The notes beneath the pieces are model-generated. The model was not told the origin of the DNA. It searched no databases and was given only the letters and a program-made list of their open reading frames with translations. Shown here piece after piece: positions 13,215-25,409 of a stretch of DNA of 64,000 nt (its first letter is position 1; the number at the start of each line of letters is the position of its first letter). This stretch comes from Mytilus californianus (Eukaryota): contig NW_026262743.1 in assembly GCF_021869535.1 (NCBI RefSeq), forward strand, positions 1 through 64,000. Reading direction: 5' to 3'. The translations under genes and the position numbers were made by a program.

Positions 13215-15234
13215 AATTATGAAATTTCATAATATTATGGTATTTCCTATTTGCCTCGACTGTTTAAATGTTGATATGAAAATATGTTCCGCATCTATTG
13301 CAAATAGAGTAAAGCCTTTGCTCAAACATATTATAAGTGAAAAACAGTTAGGATTTATTATAGGTAGATACATTGGGGAATGTACAAGACTTATTTTTGA
13401 CTTAATAGAAAGAACTGAAGAAGATTATATACCTGGACTTTTACTCCTTTTAGATTTTAAAAAAGCATTTGATACTCTTGAATGGTCGTTTATAAATAAA
13501 GCACTTGAATTCTTAGGCTTTGGTCCTGATTTCTGTAATTGGGTAAAATCTTTATATTTCAATATCGAAAGTTGTATCATAAATAATGGTCATTGCTCTA
13601 GTTTCTTTAATATAGAAAGAGGGGTTCGTCAAAGGAATATTTATCCCCTTACCTTTTTATACTGACTTTGGAACTGATGAACGCAGCAATGAAAAACAAC
13701 CCAGACATTAATGGTATTAAAATAGACAACTCTGAATATTTGCTTAGTCAATATGCAGATGACTCAACCTTAACTTTAGATGATGATGAAAAGTCGTTAG
13801 AACAGTCCCTATATATTTTATGAAAGTTCACTGAGTGTTCTGGTTTACGAGCAAACTTAGAAAAAACAGAAGCCATATGGATTGGGTCAAACGTACATTC
13901 AAAGGAAATAGTTCACCAAGGAGAAAGATTAAACTGGAATCAGACAGGGAAATTTAAACTTCTAGGTATAAACTATGATCTTTTTGCTGTCGACAAAACT
14001 GCCTATAATTTTGAAGAGAAAATTGAAAAGATAAAGGCATTATTAAATACTTGGATTTAACAAGATCTTTCATACCTAGGAAAAATTACAGTCATAAAGT
14101 CTTTAGCATTGCCAATTCTCATTCAGTCATCAACAGTATTGCCAAATCCCTCTTTTGAAAATTTTAAGAAAATTGAAAATATTCTTTTTAAGTTTCTGTG
14201 AAAAGAAAATCAACATTACTTGCGATAATTTAGACTATCTGAAAACAAATCAGAAATCATGCTCATATTTTTATAAATTATTTTTGTCTACTTATCATGA
14301 AAATCCCATAAAATCACAAAAGAAATGGAAAGAAATTTTGCATATGGAAATAGATCACTGGGATCATCCCTATATGCATCCTTTCAAGTGTACCTTAAGT
14401 AATAAACTGATCATTTTTTAATACAAAATTCTGCACAGAATTTTAAGCACAAATTATCTGCTGTATAAGTATAAACTTTAAGAAACACACCTATGTAGTT
14501 TTTGCAATGAAACAAAAGAGACAATAGAACATATTTTTTGGGAATGTTACATTGCAATTATGAGCTTCTGATATCAAAACAAAACATCGTCTAGGGATCA
14601 GATATTATAGATATCTCTGGAAATTTTTTCACTGTTCTCATTAAGTACTATAAATATTCGTGTAGATTGAGCTCACTGTTACCTTGTGTTAAGATTGCAC
14701 TTAAGAAAATGAAAAATTATTACATTATTGAAAAACTATCTTCCAGCTTTCACAGTTCTCCTTCAATAGGTGAAAAAATAGAAAATAAATTGGAACCATT
14801 TCAACAATTGATTTTATGAAACAAGAAAGATAACTCATACTTAACTGTAAAATAAATGTGTAACACAACTGGATGCACATCACAATTGGAAGTGGTTAGT
14901 GTGCATCCTATAGATATTATATATATGTATGTAAGACTTAAATATGTGTTACTATGTTATTATAATTGGAGTTAAAATATTGTTTTTTATATGATTTCCA
15001 GTCTTTGAAAGAAATATAAACTTATGTAAAAAATAATGTATTTTTTTGTTATATATTGGTACAGAAAATAACAAGTAAATATGTCACTACATTTTTTTTT
15101 ATGAGTACATGTACAAATAGAATAACTATGTTGCATCAATAATAATCTATTAATATCAATTTAATCATATATGAATACAATTTAATGATTTTTGTTTGTT
15201 TTGTTTTGTGTTTTTTGTGTTTTTTGTTTTTTGT

Positions 15235-15266
<32 letters not shown>

Positions 15267-15405
15267 GTTTTTTTGGGAGGGGGTGTTAATATAATATAAG
15301 CGCTGACACGTTATCAAACATGTATTGTATTATTCTTTGATAGAAAAAATGCATATAAATATTGTATGAGATGAAGAAATACAAAATAAAGAATTATAAA
15401 AAAAA
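13215..15405 (+). mobile_element. 5'-truncated Tx1/L1-clade LINE remnant (pseudogenised RT)
   Basis: ORF 13219-13665 has QLGFIIGRYIGE, LLLLDFKKAFDTLEW and RGVRQ. After a frameshift comes LSQYADDSTL (YADD at 13752-13763), then GKITVIKSLALP. Multiple stops. AATAAA at 15385 followed by an A tail. Confidence 0.9.
15190..15272. repeat. (GTTTT)n-type simple repeat
   Basis: Run of TTTTG/TTTTTG units inside the LINE 3' region. Confidence 0.9.
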
Positions 15406-16068
15406 GACAGTTTTTGACTTGTATCTCAAAAGCTAAAGTATTTAAAGCAAATCAGACAAGAAGCTAAAGTATGCATTAGGTCAAGGTCTACATGCCCTGA
15501 AATCATCAGCCAAATCCGGTATCTGATTTGTTGGTTATTACCCCTGAATTGATGATTTTAAGGAAATTTTCAGTTTTCAGTTATTATCTTGAATATTATT
15601 ATAGATAAAGATAAACTGTTTACAGCAAAAATGTTCAGCAAAGTAAGATCTACAAATAAGTTTAAATATGAAAAAAATTGTCAATTGACCCCTTAAGGAG
15701 TTATTGCCCTTTAAAGACAATTTTTCACAATTTGTTCATCTAGTTTGCTTACTTTAAAAAATCTTGTCCTTTGAAACTGCTGAATCAATTTCAGCCCAGC
15801 TTGCGCTGAATGAGTTTCAGAGTATCTAGTATAAATTTTGTATTTTATTTCCTTGTACGTCAAGAAACATAGCCACTATGGCTAAAATGGAACATAGGGG
15901 AAAAATGGATATTTTTTTTTTGAAGAAAATATGACAGATACAAAGAACATTTAAATGGCATTTTTAAGCCACTCATCAATATATATTGAAAAGCAAAAAT
16001 AATCATTGATGAAAGATTTAAGCAAAGAATTACAGGTGAGCGATTCCGGCTCTTCAGAGCCTGTTGTT
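15405..16068 (+). mobile_element. 3' half of a Helentron-associated non-autonomous element (HINE)
   Basis: Closely matches ~28540-29160. Ends with subterminal repeat CAGGTGAGCG, a hairpin GGCTCTTCAGAGCC, then TGTTGTT. Confidence 0.75.
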
Positions 16069-17104
16069 ATTGTTTGGCCCTGTATCTTTAGTCATGGTTC
16101 ATTGACTTTGAATATTTTGCATAATTTACATGTTAAAGTAATGAAATTTTAATTTCAACATTTAATAAACTTTGTAATATCAGTGCAGGAATATAGAACA
16201 ATTTGTCAGTTCAAAATATGACAATTTGTTCTACTGATTTGTTATGGAAATTGGTAATTGTCTTCTTGGTATTTAAGCTATTTTAAGCTTTCTATACATG
16301 TAGTAATGGCCATTACTAGTTAATAAAGGCAAAATGATCCTTGTTTTAATTGATGCCTGATTCCTGTGAGATGCAAAATATGCCAGCCGGTGCGACACAC
16401 TACATTTTGATAAGAAACCAATTTATAACCAAGAAATATTAACTTGGAAGGTAGCATTAGGTCTGATTCTTTAATATAAATTCATTTCTATACACCAAAT
16501 AAGGAAACAGATCACTGAAAAGTATTTTTTATCCTGAAACTAGCATTTGAGTCTCAAAATCAGCAATACCAAAATCTGAGGTTTTTTTTTGAGAAAACAG
16601 CACAGTGGACATTGGCTTCTGCTTGTTGGAAATAGATTATGGATAGGGTCCTTTCGTGCAATACATTATTTGATGATAACAGTTCTCAAAAAAGGAAATT
16701 TTGAAACTGTTACTTACCCTGATTGTTTTTCTTTGCTTCCTAACCGCCAGTATCAGCTCATGTCTATTTTGAAGGGATCATCTGACCTGGACCTCATTTT
16801 TTCATTTTTCATTTGTGAAAAAAAAACTAAAAGAAGATGTAATTTGTAAACAATAAAAAAGATAAGCTATACAAGATCAACTAAAAAGAGATTATAGTCA
16901 TGAATTATACTCTAGTCTACAATGTTGGAAAGTGTCCATTTTATGGTCAAAAGTGAGAGTTAGAGAACCAACTTCTATATTATAGAACAAGATAGATTCC
17001 TCATGAAAAAATTCAATAGAAAAGGGTATTTCAGGTCTAAGATGTTAGTGTTATAACATTTAAAAAGCAAACAAGTTCATGGATTTTTCTTTAAATCTTA
17101 ATCA

Positions 17105-17670
17105 TGTTTATAACCCCGTTTATTATGATATACTGTTGTCCGTCCGTCTGTCAATCTGTTGTCAACATGTAGGACAATAACTAAAAATTGTTTTAACCAA
17201 TTTGCATGAAACTTAGGTGAATTGTTTATATATATTGACAGAAGCTCCCTTTCAATTTTTATTAATTTCTAATAGATTTTATGTTTCTGAGTTAAAGGGT
17301 TTTATTCATCAAAAAAGGGGATTTTCCAGTTTTCTTTCAATAACTCACAAATGCTTTGAACAGTTTTCATGAAACTTTGGTGAAGTGTTTATATATCTAT
17401 TGACTTAAGTTCACTTTTGATTTTTATTGATTTTAGATCTTACGTTTTCGAGTTATGGGATTTTATTCATAAAAAAAGGTGGGATATTCCAGTTTTCGGA
17501 CAATATCTCAAAAGTCCTTGGAGCAGTTTTCATAAAAATTGGGTAACTGGTTTATATCTATTAAAATAACCTCCATAAAGTTTTTTTTATAAATTTCTGA
17601 TATGACATTGAGCAGTTATAGAACTTTATTCGTTGAAAAAGCGACAGGCGTATCATGCATTCATGGTGCA
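17105..17670 (+). mobile_element. Degenerate HINE-like element with internal repeats
   Basis: TTATAACCCCG start, a GTCC-type microsatellite (TGTCCGTCCGTCTGTC), and three diverged ~145-bp units. Confidence 0.5.
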
Positions 17671-17734
17671 GCTCTTTATTACAACCTAGATTAATTGATT
17701 AAAATTATGGCATTGAGAAAATCTATTGTAATCT

Positions 17735-17950
17735 AGTTAAAAGTAAAATAACAAAAATACCGAACTCCAAAGAAAATTTGAAATGGAAAGTCCCTTATCA
17801 AATGCCAACATCAAAAGCTCAAACACATCAAAAGAATGGAAAACAACTGTCATATTCCTGACTTGGTACTGACATTTCCTTACATAGAAAATGGTGGATT
17901 AAACCTGGTTTTATAGCTAGCTAAACCTCTCCCTTGAATGACAGTCACGT
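17735..17950 (-). mobile_element. Fragment of the 3' region of the Penelope-like element at 32464-33323
   Basis: Directly similar to 32465-32680 (AAAAATACCGAACTCC...GCTAGCTAAACCTCTC). Confidence 0.75.
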
Positions 17951-18781
17951 ACAATTTTATAGAACAATTATAGATGGACAGAAAATGGAAATTAGTCTTT
18001 TGTATATATGCAACGATAGCAGGTTAGGACTAAGGCTGTAGCCTTTTGTACTATTTATTTTTTTATTTTTTTCAGACTTGATGACAAACAACTCAACAAA
18101 ACTAAAAAGAAATTCTGTAGGAAGTTTTGCCATTATTGTAATTGTCATTGTAATGATTTAAAAAAATAAAAATAAGAAATTATTTAGGTATGTAATTTTC
18201 CTGTTTTTTCTAGAAAACATTTTTAAGTTATAAACATATTGTCAAATATTTGGCCTACTTCAAACCACAATCGTATCAATCAGTGGCTGTAATTTTTTTT
18301 ATTTTGTAAATTGTTAAAACTATTTTCCAATTGTCTGTTCAAAAGCAATGAAAGAGAAGATTCACTTATGGCAGAATGTGGCCTTGAATTTCAACTTGAT
18401 CATACAATGCATAAATGTATAAAAAGGTCACAATATTTGTTCTTAATGGATCTGTTTCAAAAGCTGTAATGCTATTAAAGTAAAATAAATCTCTTTTCTC
18501 TAATTTTTATGCTATTTTCAAATTTCTTGATTGGTGTGAGAAAAAAGTTTCTCCTCACCAGTGAAATATCTGTTCTCGGCAAATGATTGGTCGAAATTTT
18601 TTAAATTGGGACATCAATTTTCTTGGTTTCTTCTGAATTTTCCTATTGTGACGTCATGAAAAAGGTGACCATGCCTGATGACGTCGCCTAAATAGTACAC
18701 AACTTTCTTCAAATCTTTGGAAACAAACGGAAAGGGAATGAAAAAAATCATAAGGGAAACAGATTCCACCACTATAACTCA

Positions 18782-18901
18782 TGTATGACGATATTTCTCC
18801 ACTCTCAACAGTTAAACTTTAATTAATTAAAAATCTCAGCAAGCCTCGCACTTTAAATATTAGAATTTAACTGTCTCTAGTGGAAAAATATCGTAACACA
18901 C
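18782..18901. repeat. Imperfect inverted repeat (~35-bp arms, ~50-nt spacer)
   Basis: TGTATGACGATATTTCTCCACTCTCAACAGTTAAA versus TTTAACTGTCTCTAGTGGAAAAATATCGTAACACA. Confidence 0.7.
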
Positions 18902-19369
18902 TTGTTGCAGTGGAGGAATCTATATATCATAAAAATTTTTTATAGACTCCAAAGTCATTTTATTTTGAAAAATTGTTAAAATATGAGTACTTTGTTTAAT
19001 TATTTTTTTATCTAAACCTTTAGGATAACCTTGGCTGCAATCCAAGATTCAAAATGGTCTGTTAACAAAACATTTGCCAAAAGTTGTCAATGTTGACATT
19101 GAATCCTTAGACAACCAATCTTGTTACAAACATGACAAAAGTTAATTTTGCTAACAACTGTTACAAATAATTGACAAAATTGACCAAACTGATGTTGAAA
19201 CACAATTAATACATAATAAATGTGGTCATAACTTTGTAATTTTATATGTATGGTGCCAAAAAGAAGTTATTTTGTCTAATGTTTGTATTGAAAAAAAAAT
19301 ATAACTATTAATATTTCTATGTTACATTTGTAGTATTGTGACCTGATTCTTGAAATGCTACAATGTTAG

Positions 19370-20014
19370 TTATACCCCGCTTTAAAAAAGTGGGGGTATA
19401 CTGTTTTACCTCTGTCTGTCCGTCCCCCCATCCGTCAGTCTGCCCGTCCGTCTCATGAATATTTTTCGTCGCATCTCTCTCGGGAACTACATTACAAGGA
19501 TTTCTGAAATTTGGTTTCAGGGTTTATATGAGTCAGCTATACCGTGTGATGCCTTTTCAGATTCATCACTCAACAACTTCCTGTTTACCGAAAACACTTA
19601 CATCATTTTACACATGACATCCAAGTTGAAAATTGTCGTCACATTTTTCTCAGGAACTACACTACAAGGATTTCTGAAATTTGGTTTCATGGTTTATATA
19701 AGTCAGTTATACCGTGTGATGCGTTTTAAGATTCATCACTCAACAACTTCCTGTTTACCGAACTCTTACATCATTTTACACATGACATCCAAGTTGAAAA
19801 TTTTCATCGCATTTTTCTCAGGAACTACATTACAAGGATTTCTGAAATTTGGTTTCATGGTTTATATAAGTCAGTTATACCGTGTGATGCGTTTTCAGAT
19901 TCATCACTCAACAACTTCCTGTTTACCGAACACTTACATATTTTTACAGTATTAAAATTATCCACTTGCAGCTGGGGTATCATAATTGAGCAGTAGCTCG
20001 CAGTTTCACTTGTT
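19370..20014 (+). mobile_element. Complete HINE with ~169-bp internal tandem array (about 3 units)
   Basis: 5' hairpin TATACCCCGC-TTTAAAAAA-GTGGGGGTATA and a GTCC microsatellite. Units start near 19483, 19653 and 19821. 3' subterminal repeat GCTGGGGTAT, hairpin GAGCAGTAGCTC, end CACTTGTT. Confidence 0.85.
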
Positions 20015-21169
20015 TTCTTTAACCATCATGTATGAACATAAAACAATTAACAAAATTATCAAAATTAATGTAGATAAATACATTATTAAGACAGTAATAG
20101 AACGACGAAAAAAAAAACATCTGAGAAGCATATGTAAATAAATAACTTTAGACATGACGTTTTTATATAACGGCAGGAGTTGATATTTAATACCTTTTTT
20201 CTGAACTGCTTTCATCAGTATTTTTTTTTCAAGATAGTATAGTAAAAATGACTTTTTAATTCGTTTCATGCATCATAATTCCTCCTTTAAATGAGAAAAA
20301 AAAGAAGCTATGATATGTTCGGTTTTAAGAATGAAATATTGTCTTGTCTGAGATAGATTGCATTATCAGGCAGTAGTGGTGACATATTTGCTGAAGAAGC
20401 ATAATAGGTCATCATTGGTTCAGGATACATAATATTTAATAGAATGTGTAAATAGGAAACCTGTTCAGAAAAATATCCGTCTGTGCGTCCATCTGTCCGA
20501 ACAATTCTTGCCAGATATTTATGAAACTTATATCATAGGTTTATACATGTATCAGCAATGTCTTGGACAAGTTCGAAAATTAGTGCCGATCAATTATTTT
20601 TAAAAGAGTTATGCCCCTTTGAAACATTAATTATATGGAAAATTGCATTGTCCGCACTCTCATGTGTACAATTCTTGCCAGAATTTTATGAAACTTATAT
20701 CACAGGTTAATATCAGCAATGTCTTTGACACTTTCGAAAATAAGCGCTGATCAAATATTTTTAACGAGTTATGCCCCTTGGGTAAATTGATTATAACAGA
20801 AATCGCATTACATTTGCTCTGAAGCCTTTATTTCTCTTAAGATGTTTATAAATTGTTTTAAAGAAACAAAACAAAAAACAATTAGTCATTGCCCTGGTAC
20901 CTTTGCAAAAAAAATATGTGCAACACTGAGGACATTGGAGCTCTGTTCTTTTATTCCATTTATTTTGATTTACATGTTTTGTGACAGTACAGATTGTACT
21001 AGGATATGTATGTTCATTATGAAGGTTTATGTTTTGATATAAAAATATTTATATTTATATATAAATTTTGGTTTTGATTTATTTGTTATACGGGTTTAAT
21101 AAGATAGTCATTGTTTCTTGGTGTTCATTATAAAGATTTATTCTTGTAATCAATATACATAATATTATA

Positions 21170-22150
21170 CATATTTGCCAACCTCTGACAATTACAAATC
21201 ATGTCATGCCATGAAATGACATGTCAAAAAGCGTGTAAAAACGTGTGACGTAGATGCGGACTTTTTAATATGAACATTATACAAATTTCTCAATATAAAA
21301 AACAATATTCTACTGTAAACTTTTATTGTATTCAACATTGGCCTGTTTTGCTGCTTTCAAAACAACACAACTAGGCACATATTCAAAACAACTGCCAGTT
21401 TGGTTAAATTTACATGATACATGTCACAATGTATCATTGTTGAGTTCTGTTCAGAATTCAGTGTAAATCTTCTTTATATTTGAAAATGCTCTCTCACAGT
21501 CAGAATTACTATTTGGCAGAACTAAAATGGCTTTAGCAAGCTTTGAAAGAATGTAAAAACGTTTTTTGTCATTAAAAAATGTCATCTATGTCTGCCATTG
21601 CTCCCCAGAATGTTGCTATTTCCTGGTTAAAACTAGGTAGTTCATCAGGAGAAGACAGCTGGTACTCTGAGAACTGATCCAACAGTTCTTTTATGTTCCC
21701 ATCCCCTATGGCCTGTGGAAATCTATTGGCTAGAGCCTAGATTTGAAACTGAAAAAGAAAAATAATTTTATAATTTGAATACCATTTAATGCTTTATCAA
21801 ATAGCTAGTACTCCTCTCACACATGTTGTTATGATTGCAAATGATTGATAATGTTTAAGATGCATAATACTTTGTTATTAATATGACTTTGATCCATTTA
21901 AACTCGGACTCTCAACTTTTTTGGTACGTACACACGTATACTTTTCGCTTAGCACTCGGAACTTTAGACGACGGTACAGCTCCAAAAAGCAACATCTTTC
22001 TGCTGGACATTTCCCCAAAGTGAATTTGAAAGAAAGAAAGTAACAAAACCTTAAAAACTACTTACAAACTTACCTGAAGGGCTTTTGTAGTTCGTCCATA
22101 TAATAAAACAAACAATGGCGACCCAACGAATACTTCGAAATTTTGGTTAC
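21170..22150 (-). mobile_element. Internally deleted hAT DNA transposon remnant
   Basis: A TIR-like CATATTTGCCAAC at 21170 lies next to a hAT dimerisation-domain remnant. There is a putative first exon ATG GAC GAA CTA CAA AAG CCC TTC AG|gtaagt (22099-22074). The second TIR was not found. Confidence 0.6.
21345..21745 (-). pseudogene. hAT transposase C-terminal dimerisation domain remnant
   Basis: Minus-strand translation: LLDQFSEYQL...ATFWGAMADI/DKKRFYILSKLAKAILVLPNSNSDCERAFSNIKKIYTEF*TELNNDTL. One frameshift and in-frame stops. Acceptor TTTTTCTTTTTCAG upstream. Confidence 0.85.
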
Positions 22151-22327
22151 TTATCGTCTATATATGAAAAAACCCGAGAATTGCAATATCACTAACGACC
22201 AAAAAATCAAAAAGTATATATATATATATTTCTATGTAAATACTTTGTTAGCCATTGTCAATTTATCTCATTCATTGTATTTGTTATATTTTTAAGCTAT
22301 TTCGACATCTAAACACATGTCATCATC

Positions 22328-24420
22328 TTTTTTAGCTCACCGGGCCCGAAGCGTCCCATGTGAGCTTATGCCATCACTTGGCGTCCATCGTCGTCTGTCG
22401 TCGTCGTCGTAAACTATTTCAAGAATCTTCTCCTCTGAAACTACATGGCCAAATACCTTCAAACTTTAACTGAATGTTCCTTAGGGTTATTTATTTAAAA
22501 ATTGCATCCGAAGTTTTGATTCATCAACAAACATGGCCGCCATGGCTAAAAATAGAACATAAGGGTCAAATGCAGTTTTTGGCTTATATCTCAAAAACTA
22601 AAGCATTTAGAGCAAATCTGACATGGAGTCAAATAGTTCAATAGGTCAACATCTATCAGCCCTGAAATTTTCAGACGAAACGAACAACCCATTGTTGGGT
22701 TGCTGCCACTAAATTGGTAATTTTAAGGAAATTTTGCAGTTTTTGGTTATCATCTTGAATATTATTGAAGATAAAGATAAACTGTAAACAACAATATAAT
22801 AGATAGAGAGAAAGTGTAAACGGCAATAATATTCAGCAAAGTAAGATCTTCAAAAAAAGATACTATGACCAAAAATGTCAATTGAGCCTTTAAGGAGTTA
22901 TTGCCCTTTAAAGACAATTTTACACAATTTGTTCATCATGTTTGCTTACATTTAAACATCTTCTCCTCTAAAACTACTGGGCCTAATTCTTCTAAACTTT
23001 AACTGAATGTTTCTTAGGGTAACTGGTTTATAAATTGCATCCGAAGTTTTGTTCCATTAACAAACATGGCCGCCATGGCTAAAAATAAAACATAAGGGTC
23101 AAATGTAGTTTTTGGCTTTTATCTCAAAAACTAAAGCAGTTAGAGCAAAAGTGACATGGGGTTAAAGTGATGAATAAGTCAAAATCTATCTGCTATGAAA
23201 TTTTTAGACCAATTGGACCACCCTATGTAGGGTAACTGTCCGAAATAATTTATTTTTATGAAATTTTACTGTTTTTGGTTATTATCTTTAATATTATAAT
23301 AGATAGAGAAAGTGTAAATGGCAAAAATGTTCAGCTAAGTAGTATTTTCGAATAAGTCAAATGATCAAAATAGTCGATTGACTCCTTAAGGAGTTATTGC
23401 CCTTGAAACGTTTATTTTTTACACTTTTTCGTGCAAGTCTTTTTCTTTTTCAACAATCTTCTTCTCTGAAACTACTGGGCAAATACTTCCAAACTTTAAC
23501 TAAATGATTCTTAGGGTATCTAGTTTGTAAATTATATCAAAAGTTTTGATCCATCAACAAACATGGCCGCCATGGCTAAAAATAGAACATAGGGGAGAAA
23601 AGCAGTTTTTGGCTTATATCTCAAAAACTACAGCAGTTAGAGCAAAAGTGAAAGGGAGTTTAAGTGATAAATGGGTCATGATCTATCTAGTATGAACTTT
23701 TCAGACAAATTAGACAACCCATTGTTGGGTTACTGTTGGAAATACTTTATTTGTATTAAATTTTACTGTTTTGGGATATTTTCTTTAATATCATAATAGA
23801 TAGAGAGAAAGTATAAATGCAATAAAGGTTCAGCTAAGTAAGATCTACAAATAGGTCAACATGAACAAAATAGTCAATTGACTCCTAAAGGTGTTATTGC
23901 CCTTAAAACGTTTTTTTTTACATTTTTTGTGAAAGTTTAATTACTTTTCAAAAATATTCTTCTCTAAAACTACATGGCCAAATACTTAAAAACTTTAACT
24001 GAATGTTCCTTAGGGTATCTAGTTTATAGATTGTATTCGGGGATTTGATCCATTAAAAGACATGGCGGCAGCTTTTAATAATAAAACAAAGGGGTCAAAT
24101 GAAGGTTTTTGGCTTTCATCTCAAAAACTAAAGCAGTAAGAGCAAAACTGACATATGTGAAAGTGTTAAACAGTTTTAGATCTACTTGTCATATAATCTT
24201 CAGACCAATAGGACAATTTATTGTTGGGTTACTGTCCAGAAATAGTTATTTTTTAGGAAATTTTACAGTTTTGGGTTATATATTATCTTTAATATTATTA
24301 TAAAAAGAAAGAAAGTGTAAATGACAAAATTGTTCAGCAAAGTAAGATCTACAAATAAGTCAAATGCCTGAAACTGAAATTACAGGTGAGTGATATCAGG
24401 CTCTCAAGAGCCTCTTGTTT
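22328..24420 (+). mobile_element. Complete HINE with four ~500-530-bp internal tandem units
   Basis: 5' TTTTTTAGCTCACC...GTGAGCT and a (GTC)n tract. Units start near 22426, 22959, 23457 and 23957. 3' CAGGTGAGTG, hairpin AGGCTCTCAAGAGCCT, end CTTGTTT. Confidence 0.88.
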
Positions 24421-24461
24421 TTCAGATCTCTCATTAATAAGACAATAAATTATTTTCACCT

Positions 24462-25409
24462 CAAATATCTGAAGTTCACAGTTTACACTTCTGTCAAAGG
24501 TTGATGAACTTAAAGTGTTTTCCATGTCAGAAGTTGGATTCCATAACGCATGGATATACCTTTACAAAAAGAAAATAAGTAGTTTATTTTTTGTTACAAT
24601 TTGAGTTTGTGGAGAAAAGATTCCTATAGGTGACACCATCTGACACGGAGAAATAAAGAAGACTTAATTACGGCCAAAGGTCCTGGCACATTATCAGTCA
24701 AACAAACTTTATTAAATCAACTCATAAAGGAAAGATCGTTGTCGTTGGTAAATTCAAACTTTTCAAATGTGTAAATTTCATTTCAATATTTTGTGCACAA
24801 GACTTTCATCTTAGATTTTTTTGCTTTAATAACAAAGGCTCAATTTGTTTTTCACAGAGAAATATTGAATCAACTTCTTCCTCTCAAATAATTCTGGATT
24901 AATCCTGTGGACATTTTCTATCTGTTCATAAAGTTACATCAACATCTGTTTGCCTTGAGACAAAATTATGAAATATGAATAAAAGTACTCCATGATGTTG
25001 GGTAGACATATATGAGTCAGTTATCAACAATAAAAAAACAACATATAGATATGGCCCAATTTATGTACTCAGGTTTGTGAAATGAATTGTTCCGAATTCA
25101 TTTTCTGTCATCAGTATATCACATCCACCTCCTTGAACCCCCCCCCCCCCCCCTTCTCTAAAATAAGGCGAACAAAAAAGACTCGGTTTTTGGCAGCATT
25201 TAGTTCCCATCCTCTCTTTAAATGTGCTAAACCCCTTACAATATTTTGTGAAATTTTTGTATTCTTGAAAATAATCCCCTTCTGATGCGTTAAGTACAGA
25301 AAGAAAGGCGAAAGATACCAAAGGGCCATTCAAAAGTTGAAAATAAACTGACAACGCCGTGGCAAAAAAAAACACAAAGACGAAAAGACAAACAACAGTA
25401 CACAAAACA
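24462..25409. repeat. ~0.95-kb segment duplicated at 29278-29580 plus 30489-31122
   Basis: Colinear similarity from CAAATATCTGAAGTTCACA to ACAAACAACAGTACACAAAAC. The second copy is split by an insertion at ~29581-30488. Confidence 0.9.

Noticed and set aside
16995-18922. 11-bp inverted match ATAGATTCCTC / GAGGAATCTAT as TIRs
   Set aside because: Short enough to be chance in AT-rich DNA. No target duplication, and the interior is a mix of unrelated repeats.
19455-19955. 166-aa ORF with an internal repeat
   Set aside because: It lies entirely within the 169-bp tandem array of a HINE; the repeated peptide is a by-product.
21900-22015. THAP-like start (MSSRK..CCF) on the minus strand
   Set aside because: Requires a frameshift and lacks the remaining C2CH residues.
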